A stretch of 64,000 nt of DNA from an uncultured Gammaproteobacteria bacterium. GTDB taxonomy: Bacteria; Patescibacteriota; Microgenomatia; Daviesbacterales; UBA10151. The stretch spans positions 822-64,821 of the forward strand of contig CAZDFU010000003.1 of assembly GCA_964504985.1 (NCBI GenBank). Reading direction: 5' to 3'. The notes under the pieces were generated by a model, which was not told where the DNA came from, searched no databases, and saw only the letters and a program-made list of their open reading frames with translations. This document shows positions 23,133 through 32,463 of this stretch, piece by piece. A program made the position numbers and the translations under genes. The first letter of the stretch is position 1; each line of letters opens with the position of its first letter.

Positions 23133-23165
23133 AATCATTAAAACTTGCTATAATTTCTTCAACAA

Positions 23166-23576
23166 ATGTCACAGCTTCATTTAAAAATTGTAACTCCAGA
23201 GAAATTGCTAGTTGATGAAGAGGTTTCCCAGGTTAATGTTTCAACTGTTAGCGGGATGATTGGAATTTTACCGAATCATGCTAATTTAATGGCTAAACTT
23301 GCTCCCGGGGAGTTAACTATTAAAAAAGGTGGAAAAGTTGAGACTTTGGCAATAGGTTCAGGTTTTTTACAAGTTTCTGATAATACTTTATCTATCATGA
23401 CAGATTTAGCAACCCCTGAATCAGACATTGATGAAAAAGCTGTTGAGGAGGCTAAAAAAAGAGCAGAAGCTGCTTTGGAAGAAAAACTCTCTGATGAAGA
23501 ATATGCAGAAACCCTGGCTAATTTGGAAAAATCCTTAGCCCAGCTTAGGGTTAAAAGAAGGCATAAGGTAAGATAA
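23166..23576 (+). CDS. atpC: F0F1 ATP synthase subunit epsilon
   Basis: MSQLHLKIVTPEKLLVDEEVSQVNVSTVSGMIGILPNHANLMAKLAPGEL...AQLRV matches epsilon beta-sandwich + helical hairpin. Separated from atpD by ~5 kb. Confidence 0.85.
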   Translation: MSQLHLKIVTPEKLLVDEEVSQVNVSTVSGMIGILPNHANLMAKLAPGELTIKKGGKVETLAIGSGFLQVSDNTLSIMTDLATPESDIDEKAVEEAKKRAEAALEEKLSDEEYAETLANLEKSLAQLRVKRRHKVR

Positions 23577-23669
23577 GCAGCAGCCTGTCTCCCCGCTTTT
23601 ATGATTGTGAGTTTGCAGCTATGCTTAAATAATTGGTAATTAAAACTCTAACGTTATACAATTAATTAC

Positions 23670-24602
23670 ATGGCTAGTTTAGAAAGCCCTGATCTTTCAA
23701 TTATTATCCTAAATTATAATGTTAAGGAGCTATTATTAAAATGTTTGGAGTCTATTTTTAAAGACCCTAATTCTAAAAACTGGCAGGTTATTGTGGTGGA
23801 TAATGCTTCAGAGGATGGTTCTGCAGAAGCTGTTAAGAAAAAATATCTGAATTCCCAAATCCAAGTTGAAGTTGTGGAAAGCAAGGAAAATCTGGGCTTT
23901 GCAGGAGGTAATAATTTAGGAGTAAAATATGCCAAAGCTCAGGCTGTTTTATTTTTAAATCCAGATACTTTGGTTGTGGGAGATGCTGTCTCTAAATCTT
24001 TGGAGTTTTTGTTATCTAACCCAGATATAGGAGCCCTAACTTGCAGAGTGGAGCTGCCTGATGGGAAACTAGATTACTCCTGTCACAGAGGTTTCCCTAC
24101 TCCCTGGAATTCTTTTGCTTATTTTAGTGGTCTTTCTAGAGTTTTTCCCCGTTTCCGGCTGTTTTCAGGATACACTGCCTCTTATCAAAATATTAAAACC
24201 ATACATGAGATAGATTGTTTAACTGGAGCATATCTTATGGTTAGAAAAATTGCCGGTGATCAAATAAATTGGTGGGATGAAGATTATTTTTGGAATGGTG
24301 AAGATATTGAATTTTGTTACTCTTTAAAAGAAAAAGGTTGGAAAATATTTTTTTATCCAGAGGCAAAAATTATTCATTATAAAGGTTCATCCTCTGGTCT
24401 CTGGTCTTCTAAAGCAGTTTCTGTTGAGAAAGAGAAAATGTTTACCAGCGCTTCTCATGCAGCTTCAGCCATGAGGATTTTTTATATGAAGCATTACTTT
24501 AAAAAATACCCGGTAGTTTTAAGGGAATTTATTTTATGGGGAATTAAATCTTTGGAACACTTCAGAAAGTTTAAAATCAGAGTGGGGTTAAGGTATAAGT
24601 GA
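23670..24602 (+). CDS. Family 2 glycosyltransferase
   Basis: IIILNYNVKELLLKCLESI...VVDNASEDGS; DxD region; GT-A fold. Confidence 0.8.
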   Translation: MASLESPDLSIIILNYNVKELLLKCLESIFKDPNSKNWQVIVVDNASEDGSAEAVKKKYLNSQIQVEVVESKENLGFAGGNNLGVKYAKAQAVLFLNPDTLVVGDAVSKSLEFLLSNPDIGALTCRVELPDGKLDYSCHRGFPTPWNSFAYFSGLSRVFPRFRLFSGYTASYQNIKTIHEIDCLTGAYLMVRKIAGDQINWWDEDYFWNGEDIEFCYSLKEKGWKIFFYPEAKIIHYKGSSSGLWSSKAVSVEKEKMFTSASHAASAMRIFYMKHYFKKYPVVLREFILWGIKSLEHFRKFKIRVGLRYK

Positions 24603-24603
24603 C

Positions 24604-25491
24604 ATGGATTTATCAATAATAATACTAAGCTATAATACAAAAGATATTACCGGTCAATGTTTACTGAAGTTAAAGAGTGCTGTAGACAGTTTACAAAAGA
24701 AAACAGGCAATAATGCAGAGGTCATTGTTTTGGATAATGCTTCATCAGACGGATCTGTTGAAATGATTAAAACCAATTACCCCTGGGTTCAGCTAATTGA
24801 ATCAAAAGAAAATACAGGGTTTTCCAGGGGCAATAATTTAGCATTTAAAAAAACCAGATACCCCAATATTTTATTTTTAAACTCTGATGTTTATGTTGGC
24901 GAGGATACATTAATTAAAAGTTTGGAATATTTTAAAAATCATGGTTGTAATGTCTTGGGAGTTAGGCTTGTTTTTGAAAATGGAAAATTCCAACCCTCGG
25001 CCGGAAATTTACCAACACCAATTAATACTATTTTTTGGATATTAGGATTTGGACAACTGTTTAACCCATTTCATCCTAAAAGTGAGAATTTTTTTTCCCA
25101 GGAAAGAGAAGTAGGTTGGATTATGGGAGCATTTTTTATGATTAAAAGAGAAACTTTTATCAGTGCTGGTGGATTTGATGAGAATATTTTTATGTATATG
25201 GATGAGATTGATCTTTGCAAAAGGGTTTCAGATCTGGGTTTTAAGATCTGCTATGCCCCAGTTACTGAGGCAGTCCATCTGCACAGGGCCAGCAGCAAGG
25301 ATAATCCTGAGAAAGCCTTTACATTGGAGCTTAAGGGTATGAAGGTTTATCTTAAAAAATATCATGGATCCTGGTATCAGGTAATTAAATTATTTTTGAT
25401 CCTTGGGTTGGTTTTAAGAGTGATTGCTTTTTCCTTGTTTGGAAGAACAGCTAGAGCTAGGGCTTATATTGAAGGACTAAAAGAAGTATGA
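24604..25491 (+). CDS. Family 2 glycosyltransferase
   Basis: SIIILSYNTKD...VLDNASSDGS; overlapping start with upstream GT. Confidence 0.8.
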   Translation: MDLSIIILSYNTKDITGQCLLKLKSAVDSLQKKTGNNAEVIVLDNASSDGSVEMIKTNYPWVQLIESKENTGFSRGNNLAFKKTRYPNILFLNSDVYVGEDTLIKSLEYFKNHGCNVLGVRLVFENGKFQPSAGNLPTPINTIFWILGFGQLFNPFHPKSENFFSQEREVGWIMGAFFMIKRETFISAGGFDENIFMYMDEIDLCKRVSDLGFKICYAPVTEAVHLHRASSKDNPEKAFTLELKGMKVYLKKYHGSWYQVIKLFLILGLVLRVIAFSLFGRTARARAYIEGLKEV

Positions 25492-27269
25492 AAATTGCAA
25501 TTATTACACTTAATTACAATGGTAAAGAAGATACTTTGGAGTTACTAAATTCTTTAAAAAAACTAAGATCTAAAATCTATGATCTTAAAACTATAGTAGT
25601 GGATAATGCTTCAGAAGATGGAAGCGTGGGCGCTATTCACAAGGCTTTCCCTGAAGTAGATATTCTCCAGACAGGAGAAAATTTAGGCTTTGGACAGGGA
25701 TATAATAAAGGTTTTGAATATGCCAAAATCTGGGGGCCTGACTATTACTTGCTGATAAACAATGACTCAAAAATAGAAGACCCTAAACTTTTAGATAAGT
25801 TGCTGCAGGTATTTAAAAAAGATCCAAAAATTGGGATGGTTGCTCCTAAGATTTTATTTGAAAAGGGGTTTGAGTTTCATAAAGACAGGTACTCAAGTGA
25901 TGATTTAGGAAAAGTTATATGGTATGGGGGTGGTTTTATGGATTGGAATAATATACGCTCAGTTCACAGGGGCATAGATGAAGTTGATAGGGGTCAGTAT
26001 TCAGAAGTGGAAGAAGTGGGTTTTATCAGTGGTGCCTGTTTTTTAATTAAAAAAGAAGTTTTAGAAAAAGTTGGTGGATTCAGTGGAGATTATTTTCTAT
26101 ATTTTGAGGATGCCCAATTTTGTAAAAAAGTTTTAGAAGCAGGATATAAGTTATATTACTGCGGGCAAACTGTAATCAACCATAAAGTATCCCGTTCCAC
26201 AGGCATTGGTTCCAGCTTAACTGATTATTACCATACCAGGAATAGGCTTATTTTTGGCATGAAATATGGAAGGTTTAGGGCAAAGTTTGCCCTGGTTAGA
26301 GAAGCTATCAAGTTGTTGCTTATTGGCAGGCCTGCCCAAAGAAAAGGATTACTGGATTTTTATCTGGGAATAAGAGGAAAAGGAGAAGAGTCCCCAGGTG
26401 TCCCAACCGTGTATCCGTTAAAACTGTCCATTGGAATTGTTAATTATAAAACAGCCCAATTAACAAAAAAACTACTGGAAAGTATCTTTAAAAAAGATTC
26501 AGGATTTGATTCCAAAACAATGGAAGTTATAGTTTTGGACAATGGGTCAGAAGATAATTGTAAAGAAGCTATAAAAGAATTTTTGCCCAGGATAAAATAT
26601 CTGGAAAATAAAGAAAATGAAGGGTTTAGCAGAGGTTATAATAAAACCATAAACTTCTCTTTGGGTAAACATTATTTAATGTTTAACTCTGATATTGAAG
26701 TATTACCAGGCAGCTTATCTGAAATCCTTAAGGCAGCAGAGCATTTTGAGGGAAAGGCAGTTTTATCTGGGAAACTATTTTTTCCAGATAAAACAGATCA
26801 GGATTCTGTCTATCACTTGCCTACCCTTTCTGGCGCTTTTGATGAATATTTCTTAGGTAAGAATGGATCTTATTTTATGTACCTGCCTCGCCATAAGGCG
26901 GGTCAGCCAAAGTCTGAAGAATATACAAAAGTAGAAGGAGCAGTAATGGCTTGTTTTTTGATACCAAAATATATTTTAAATAAAGTAGGGCTTTTGGATG
27001 AGCAGACTTTTATTTATTTTGAGGATATAGAATATTGCAGGCGTTTAAAAAAGTTTGGATTCCCTGTTTATTTTGTACCTTCTGCCCATTTTATTCATCA
27101 CCATGGTGCTTCATCTAAAACTATAGGAGTTGATAAATCCCAGGCTCTTTTACAAAAAGCAGCCAGGCATTACCATGGAGGTTTTTATTATTTTCTCCTC
27201 TCCTGGGTATTGAGGTTAGGCCAGAAATTTGGCAGGGTTCAAACCCCTGTATCAAGGTGGACTAAATAA
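25488..27269 (+). CDS. Tandem double family 2 glycosyltransferase (two GT-A domains, 593 aa)
   Basis: N-terminal IAIITLNYNGKEDT...VVDNASEDGS and second LSIGIVNYKTAQ...VLDNGSEDN with downstream DxD-like motifs. Confidence 0.75.
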   Translation: MKIAIITLNYNGKEDTLELLNSLKKLRSKIYDLKTIVVDNASEDGSVGAIHKAFPEVDILQTGENLGFGQGYNKGFEYAKIWGPDYYLLINNDSKIEDPKLLDKLLQVFKKDPKIGMVAPKILFEKGFEFHKDRYSSDDLGKVIWYGGGFMDWNNIRSVHRGIDEVDRGQYSEVEEVGFISGACFLIKKEVLEKVGGFSGDYFLYFEDAQFCKKVLEAGYKLYYCGQTVINHKVSRSTGIGSSLTDYYHTRNRLIFGMKYGRFRAKFALVREAIKLLLIGRPAQRKGLLDFYLGIRGKGEESPGVPTVYPLKLSIGIVNYKTAQLTKKLLESIFKKDSGFDSKTMEVIVLDNGSEDNCKEAIKEFLPRIKYLENKENEGFSRGYNKTINFSLGKHYLMFNSDIEVLPGSLSEILKAAEHFEGKAVLSGKLFFPDKTDQDSVYHLPTLSGAFDEYFLGKNGSYFMYLPRHKAGQPKSEEYTKVEGAVMACFLIPKYILNKVGLLDEQTFIYFEDIEYCRRLKKFGFPVYFVPSAHFIHHHGASSKTIGVDKSQALLQKAARHYHGGFYYFLLSWVLRLGQKFGRVQTPVSRWTK

Positions 27270-27281
27270 GAAAATACTTTT

Positions 27282-27530
27282 ATGATAGAAAGAGAAACGC
27301 CAGTAGAAACAAGAGAACCAACTTTAAGCGCAGAAGTTTATTCACCGTCAAAGTTTACAAGGGCTTTAATGGCAGGGTTAATTACTTTTGTTGTGGCTGA
27401 TATTATTCTTTCATCTGCTTTACCAGCTTTTAGTTTCTCAACTGAATCTGCTAATAGGATTGCCATAATTGCTGCCTTAATCCCAGCTGCAGCTGCTTAT
27501 TATTTTGTTAATAGGAAAAAGGATAAATAA
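27282..27530 (+). CDS. Small membrane protein (82 aa)
   Basis: Two hydrophobic segments; follows GT cluster. Confidence 0.4.
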   Translation: MIERETPVETREPTLSAEVYSPSKFTRALMAGLITFVVADIILSSALPAFSFSTESANRIAIIAALIPAAAAYYFVNRKKDK

Positions 27531-27573
27531 AAGCCTCTTGACTAGTTTTATTTTAAATGCCAATAATTAATTA

Positions 27574-27822
27574 ATGTCCAAACAAAAAGGTGCAATTGTA
27601 CCTTTAGTTTTAATTATAATCATTATTATCCTGGCTGTTTTAGCTTTTATATTTATATCACAAAATAAGTTCAATCAAACTAATGAGTCAAAATCTCCCC
27701 AAACAGCTGCCGGTTCAAGTTATCTTAAAGAACAATATCAGAACCCTTTTGAAGAAAAAAGCCAATATGAAAATCCATTCTCAGAAGATTCTTACCAGAA
27801 TCCTTTTGATAACCTTAAATGA
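27574..27822 (+). CDS. Small single-TM protein with Q-Y-x-NPF tripeptide repeats (82 aa)
   Basis: N-terminal TM then QYQNPFEEKSQYENPFSEDSYQNPF; stop overlaps next start. Confidence 0.45.
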   Translation: MSKQKGAIVPLVLIIIIIILAVLAFIFISQNKFNQTNESKSPQTAAGSSYLKEQYQNPFEEKSQYENPFSEDSYQNPFDNLK

Positions 27823-29012
27823 TTAAAATATTTAAAATTACCAGGACTGGGGTTGTGGCTTTTTTGGCAGCCTTAATTTTGAGTTTTATCTTTGTTTCTT
27901 TAACTTATGCACATGAAGGTGAAGACCATGAAGAAGAAAACCCTGAACAGGCGGCTAAAAAATATAATCTAACTTTTCCTATAACAGAACTTGGGGGATG
28001 TCAAAATTATGCAGCCTGCAGGTCTTATTGTGAGTCTGAGGCTAATAGGGATCAGTGTACTTCCTATGCCAAGAAAAAGGGATTCTACCAGGAGAGAAGA
28101 AAAGAAGAAGGAATAATTAATGAAGCTAAATCCCAGTTAGGTTGTGATTCAGAATCCTCCTGCAGGGCTGTTTGTGAGAAAGAAGAAAATATTGAAAAGT
28201 GTTCTGCATTTGCCCAAAAGCATAATTTAGGGGGGCCCAGAGGAAAGCCGGGTGATAGGAATATATTACAAAAAGCCAAAGAAATTTTGGGATGTGATTC
28301 AGAGCAGTCTTGCAGGTCAGTTTGTGAGAATCCTGCCAACCAGGACAAATGTTCTACTTTTGCTGCTCAAACTGGTTTAGGTGGAGGGGTTAGAAGGGTT
28401 GGGCCTGGAGGGTGTAATTCTGAAGAAAGCTGCAGGAGTTTTTGTGAGAAAAATATTGATGAATGCAGAAAGTTTGGAGGAGGGCCCCCTGAGGGGTATG
28501 ATAGTGGCAGAAAAGGTCCTGGCGGGTGTAATTCTGAGGAGTCTTGTAATGCTTATTGTCAGTCTAATCCAGAAGAGTGTGCAAAATTAGGAGGAGGTAC
28601 TGGAAATTTTGGAGGAGGAAGAAGGGGTCCTGGAGGGTGTGATAGTGAGGAATCTTGTAGAAGATATTGTGAGGCAAATCCTAAAGAATGTGGTATTGGT
28701 GAAAGAGGTGTTAGAGATCAAAGAGAGGGTTTTGAAAGAGAAGGAAGAAGGGATTTTAGACCTGAGAATAATCAGAGACCAACAGAAAATTATCAAAGAG
28801 AAGAATTTAGGTCTTCCCAGGAGTACCAAAGACCAGTTGAGGATCAGTACCAGCAGCCTCAAACATATGAACTCCCCAGACAAGACACTCAGCCTGCTGA
28901 ATCTTTTCAAAGGGAATCATCATCAGATACTTTCACTAATACAACCCAAGAAGTTAGAGGGGCTTCAACAGGAAGAAATCTATTCCAACAAATCTTAGAT
29001 TTCTTGTTTTAG
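27819..29012 (+). CDS. Secreted/anchored protein with six tandem ~45-aa four-cysteine repeats and Q/E/R-rich tail
   Basis: N-terminal hydrophobic segment. Repeats G-C-[DN]-S-E-x-S-C-R-x-x-C-E-x(5,6)-C-x-x-[FY] occurring six times. Confidence 0.6.
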   Translation: MIKIFKITRTGVVAFLAALILSFIFVSLTYAHEGEDHEEENPEQAAKKYNLTFPITELGGCQNYAACRSYCESEANRDQCTSYAKKKGFYQERRKEEGIINEAKSQLGCDSESSCRAVCEKEENIEKCSAFAQKHNLGGPRGKPGDRNILQKAKEILGCDSEQSCRSVCENPANQDKCSTFAAQTGLGGGVRRVGPGGCNSEESCRSFCEKNIDECRKFGGGPPEGYDSGRKGPGGCNSEESCNAYCQSNPEECAKLGGGTGNFGGGRRGPGGCDSEESCRRYCEANPKECGIGERGVRDQREGFEREGRRDFRPENNQRPTENYQREEFRSSQEYQRPVEDQYQQPQTYELPRQDTQPAESFQRESSSDTFTNTTQEVRGASTGRNLFQQILDFLF

Positions 29013-29167
29013 AATTCTTGTAATGATTCTAAATAGAAACAGTACTTGAGGGTCTGGAGGGAAGATAGATAGCGTTCCTTTCGGGAAACTAACAGCGCAA
29101 GCGCGGTACTAATCCTTCATCGTCGATAATTGTAAAGATTGTCTGGATAAATCCAGCCAACCTTAAA

Positions 29168-29210
29168 AAGTCCACCTGATAGACGTTAGTCTAACCTTAA
29201 TTCCTAATTT
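29168..29210 (+). repeat. Direct repeat flanking mazEF cassette (left copy)
   Basis: aagtccacctgatagacgttagtctaaccttaattcctaattt; ~35/43 identical to 29929-29973. Confidence 0.6.
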
Positions 29211-29247
29211 TCTTTTGAAGAGCTGGTGATATATAAACAACAGTCCT

Positions 29248-29622
29248 TTAGGTAAACAATTTACGAACATCCTCTAAAATCTTACTCTTAATTGTTGGAG
29301 TTAATTGACCAACGGCATCTTTAATAATAGTCGCATCTGCTGTAAATAATTTATCTGGTCGTACAAAACTTACGACTGGTAAACTACCCTTAGAAAAATC
29401 TTCAGATTTAATACTGATAGCTATTTTGCTTGTATAAGGTTTTGAGGTAATTTGGCATAAAATAAGAAAATCTTGATGCTTCGCATTAAAATTATCAAAC
29501 TCAACATTTGCTAAAACCAATGCTGGACGAACTTTCCGGCCTTTTAAATTGGAGAATGGAAATGTAACTAAAACAACACTTCCTACTCGCAGAGAAGTTC
29601 TGTTTACTGTAAGCTTGCCCAT
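29248..29622 (-). CDS. mazF: MazF/PemK-family endoribonuclease toxin
   Basis: SH3-like toxin fold cues: VVLVTFPF, KVRPALVLAN, QDFLILCQITS. Overlaps upstream antitoxin gene. Confidence 0.7.
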   Translation of the reverse strand: MGKLTVNRTSLRVGSVVLVTFPFSNLKGRKVRPALVLANVEFDNFNAKHQDFLILCQITSKPYTSKIAISIKSEDFSKGSLPVVSFVRPDKLFTADATIIKDAVGQLTPTIKSKILEDVRKLFT

Positions 29623-29843
29623 GCTGTATCCTCTTCAGGTCTATCCCAATCAACCGCAAGAGTTTTTTCAGATAGCGATAATGTAGTTGTTGCAGAGGTA
29701 CTCTTTACAGGTGCTGGAACAATTCTTATTTCACCCTTTTTTACCTGTAATTCAACCTGTTCCCCAAGGCCACTTTCTTCAAGCGCGGGTTTAGGTATAC
29801 GTATTCCACGAGAATTTCCTATTTCAATAATTGTTGTTATCAT
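29604..29843 (-). CDS. mazE: MazE/AbrB-family antitoxin
   Basis: SpoVT/AbrB swapped-hairpin motif IIEIGNSRGIRIPKPAL; 19-nt overlap with toxin. Confidence 0.65.
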   Translation of the reverse strand: MITTIIEIGNSRGIRIPKPALEESGLGEQVELQVKKGEIRIVPAPVKSTSATTTLSLSEKTLAVDWDRPEEDTAWASLQ

Positions 29844-29928
29844 ACTTCGATTTCACTCAGTATGACCCTGAGTATTTGTCGAATGGGTCATAGTAATTAC
29901 ATTGTACCTACGCAGAATAATGTTGTCA

Positions 29929-29973
29929 AGTCCATCTGGTAGACATTAGTCGGACTATTATCCCTAATTTATT
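29929..29973 (+). repeat. Direct repeat flanking mazEF cassette (right copy, in mazE promoter region)
   Basis: aagtccatctggtagacattagtcggactattatccctaattt. Confidence 0.6.
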
Positions 29974-30097
29974 ATTTGACGAGTTTGCATTATATCGGTC
30001 GCTTCCTAGTTCTTCTTGATCCTTTCTTTTAATTGCTCAGAAGTTAACTTCTTAAATGTTTGGATAGCAATATTGGCTAGCTTATTTTAGTGTCTAT

Positions 30098-32326
30098 CTA
30101 AGCCCTTAACTTTATACCGGCTTCAATCATTGTTTGAATAAATACTTGCGTTCCTTCTTCAGTTAGTACTTCTATGGGGCCTCTGGGAGATTCAAATCTA
30201 TCGGCGAAATATTCAGGATGGTTCTCTTTAAATGATATGATCACTTTTCTGGCTTTATCCACAACTAGTGGTTGAGTGCCTTTAAATAAACGCTTTAAAT
30301 TTTTATGATTTAATCGTAAACCAACGTCAGGTTTATCTGTTGATTTTTTCGGCTCATTATTTTTAATTCTAACCCCCATATCTACCATAGCTTGGATAAA
30401 TCTTTCCCTACCCTCAGCTGTGATAACCTCAACTTCAATTCCGCCGTTACTTCTTCTGCTTAAGTATTCAGGATGTTGATCATGAAGCTGATTTTTTACC
30501 TGATCTACAAATTGGAGTATCCTATTATGGTGGCCTTTAAATATTAGCATTAATCCTCTCTGTGATAAGACTAAATCTGTATCCTGCACTACTTCTAGTT
30601 GATGATCCCTTAATTTTACTCCGGCTTCGAGCATTGCTTTTATAAAAACAGCTCTACCTTCAGTTGTCACAACATCGACCTCTCGAAAATGTTTATTTAT
30701 CCTTTTTGTAAAATACTCTGGATGCTCATCCTCTAATTGTTTTTTGACCCGAGAATATAGTTGAAACAATCTTCTATAATCACCAACAAAGATAACGTTG
30801 TCTGGACTTTGTGGAGACAATACTATTTCACCATCTTTAACATCAAATAAACCTTTCCTTTCTAACTCTCTTATGGGCTTTACATCAGCTTGGGTTTTGA
30901 AGTTGGTAATAGCTGGTAGATTTTTAAGTCCTTCGATGTCAGTTTCTGGACCTAAATACAATAATCCATTTTCCAGTTGTCTTACATTTCCTTTCATCCA
31001 CATTGCCATGTTATATGACCAAGAATATTGGCTGGTTTGATACAAACAGTCAACTATAACTCCAAATAGTTTTCCATTAGTTCTTCTGGCTAGTCTTCCT
31101 GTATATTGGGTATATCTTAGTTCGGAATCTGTTGGTGAAGCCCATACTAGAACTTCGGTGAATGGAGCATCAAATCCCTCTGATGCTACATAGGGTGAAA
31201 TTAATACTTGTATTGCTTTTTCGTCAGCCTCTGGTAGTTTATATCTCTCAATTGAATCTATAGCTGGAATTTGTTCAGTATGTATAGCTTTAGCGACTGG
31301 TTTATTTATAGCAACTCCAACTTTGATGCCCCTATCATATAAAAGTTGAGCTAATTCCTCTGCTTCCCATACATAATTACAAGCTATAACTGTTTTATAA
31401 TTCTTTCCAGAAGGATCTTTAATGATATTGGATACTCGATCAGCTATAAATGGTCTTAATTCAGGGCTCTTTTTAAGTAATTGCTCCAGTTTTTTATAAT
31501 CTATTCTCCCGAGTGCTGTTACTGGAATTTCATCAACAAGATCTTGGGTGTTAATTTGAAGTCCTAAGAGAGGAGGTAAAAATCTTTCTTCTTGAGCTTC
31601 AGGTAAAGGTAAAGATTCAATAACAATAAATCCATATTGCTCAGGCCTTTTCATGCTACCCGAGTGACGATAAGGAGTAGCGGTAAAACCAACTAATCTA
31701 TTGAACTGATTGATAGATTCTAATCTAGGTTCTGTTCCAACATTATGGGCTTCGTCAATAACTACCAAATCATAATCTTCGGGATTTAGAGTTCCTTTGT
31801 TTAATGCTGACTGAACAGTTTGTATCGTTGCGATTTGTACATTGACATCATCACTTTTACCATATTTACCAATAGTATAGAGAAAGGAGTGAGATTCTTC
31901 TAGAAGTCTCTCCTCCTCTTCGGTATTAGTTGTTTCATCAGTTAGACTTTGGTCTTGTTCTGATTCAATATAACTAGGTTCTTTCTCATTTTGTGGAGGT
32001 TGTTGATAACCAGATAATGAATCATGAGCCTGATCTACTAATACAAGCTTTGTCCCCGCTACAACTAAAACTTTAGAATCAGGCTTTCTTCTTATTTGTT
32101 GCTCTATAACCAAATGAGTAATTCTCCCTTTACCAATACCGGTTGCCATAGCAATCATAGGAAAATGATCTTCAGGGTTCTTGTTATCTAAATAATCCCT
32201 CAATTTTGAGGCTGCTCTTTCTTGTAGGAAATTTAACCTTTGTTGCTGATCAGGTGTAAGTAATCCATCTCGGTTAATTTCTCCTGTTGAGCCATAAATA
32301 ATACGTTCTGCTCCATTATCTACCAT
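30098..32326 (-). CDS. Superfamily 2 DEAH-box helicase with three tandem ~85-aa C-terminal repeats
   Basis: Motif I AMATGIGKGRITH, motif II VVIDEAHNVG, motif III GFTATPYR, motif VI QYTGRLARR. C-terminus carries three repeats of HPEYF-x-R-x(6)-EV-x-T-x-EGR-x-x-FI-x-AM-x(3)-G-x-KLR. Confidence 0.75.
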   Translation of the reverse strand: MVDNGAERIIYGSTGEINRDGLLTPDQQQRLNFLQERAASKLRDYLDNKNPEDHFPMIAMATGIGKGRITHLVIEQQIRRKPDSKVLVVAGTKLVLVDQAHDSLSGYQQPPQNEKEPSYIESEQDQSLTDETTNTEEEERLLEESHSFLYTIGKYGKSDDVNVQIATIQTVQSALNKGTLNPEDYDLVVIDEAHNVGTEPRLESINQFNRLVGFTATPYRHSGSMKRPEQYGFIVIESLPLPEAQEERFLPPLLGLQINTQDLVDEIPVTALGRIDYKKLEQLLKKSPELRPFIADRVSNIIKDPSGKNYKTVIACNYVWEAEELAQLLYDRGIKVGVAINKPVAKAIHTEQIPAIDSIERYKLPEADEKAIQVLISPYVASEGFDAPFTEVLVWASPTDSELRYTQYTGRLARRTNGKLFGVIVDCLYQTSQYSWSYNMAMWMKGNVRQLENGLLYLGPETDIEGLKNLPAITNFKTQADVKPIRELERKGLFDVKDGEIVLSPQSPDNVIFVGDYRRLFQLYSRVKKQLEDEHPEYFTKRINKHFREVDVVTTEGRAVFIKAMLEAGVKLRDHQLEVVQDTDLVLSQRGLMLIFKGHHNRILQFVDQVKNQLHDQHPEYLSRRSNGGIEVEVITAEGRERFIQAMVDMGVRIKNNEPKKSTDKPDVGLRLNHKNLKRLFKGTQPLVVDKARKVIISFKENHPEYFADRFESPRGPIEVLTEEGTQVFIQTMIEAGIKLRA

Positions 32327-32463
32327 AATTAAACGTATTATACCAAAATTGGGAGAATTTATAAACCTATAGTGTAATTGTCCTCTTAGTGGACACTGTT
32401 CGAACCATTATTCTTAACTTAAGTTTTAGTGAGGCTGAAGTATACAGACATTTACAGTTTTAA

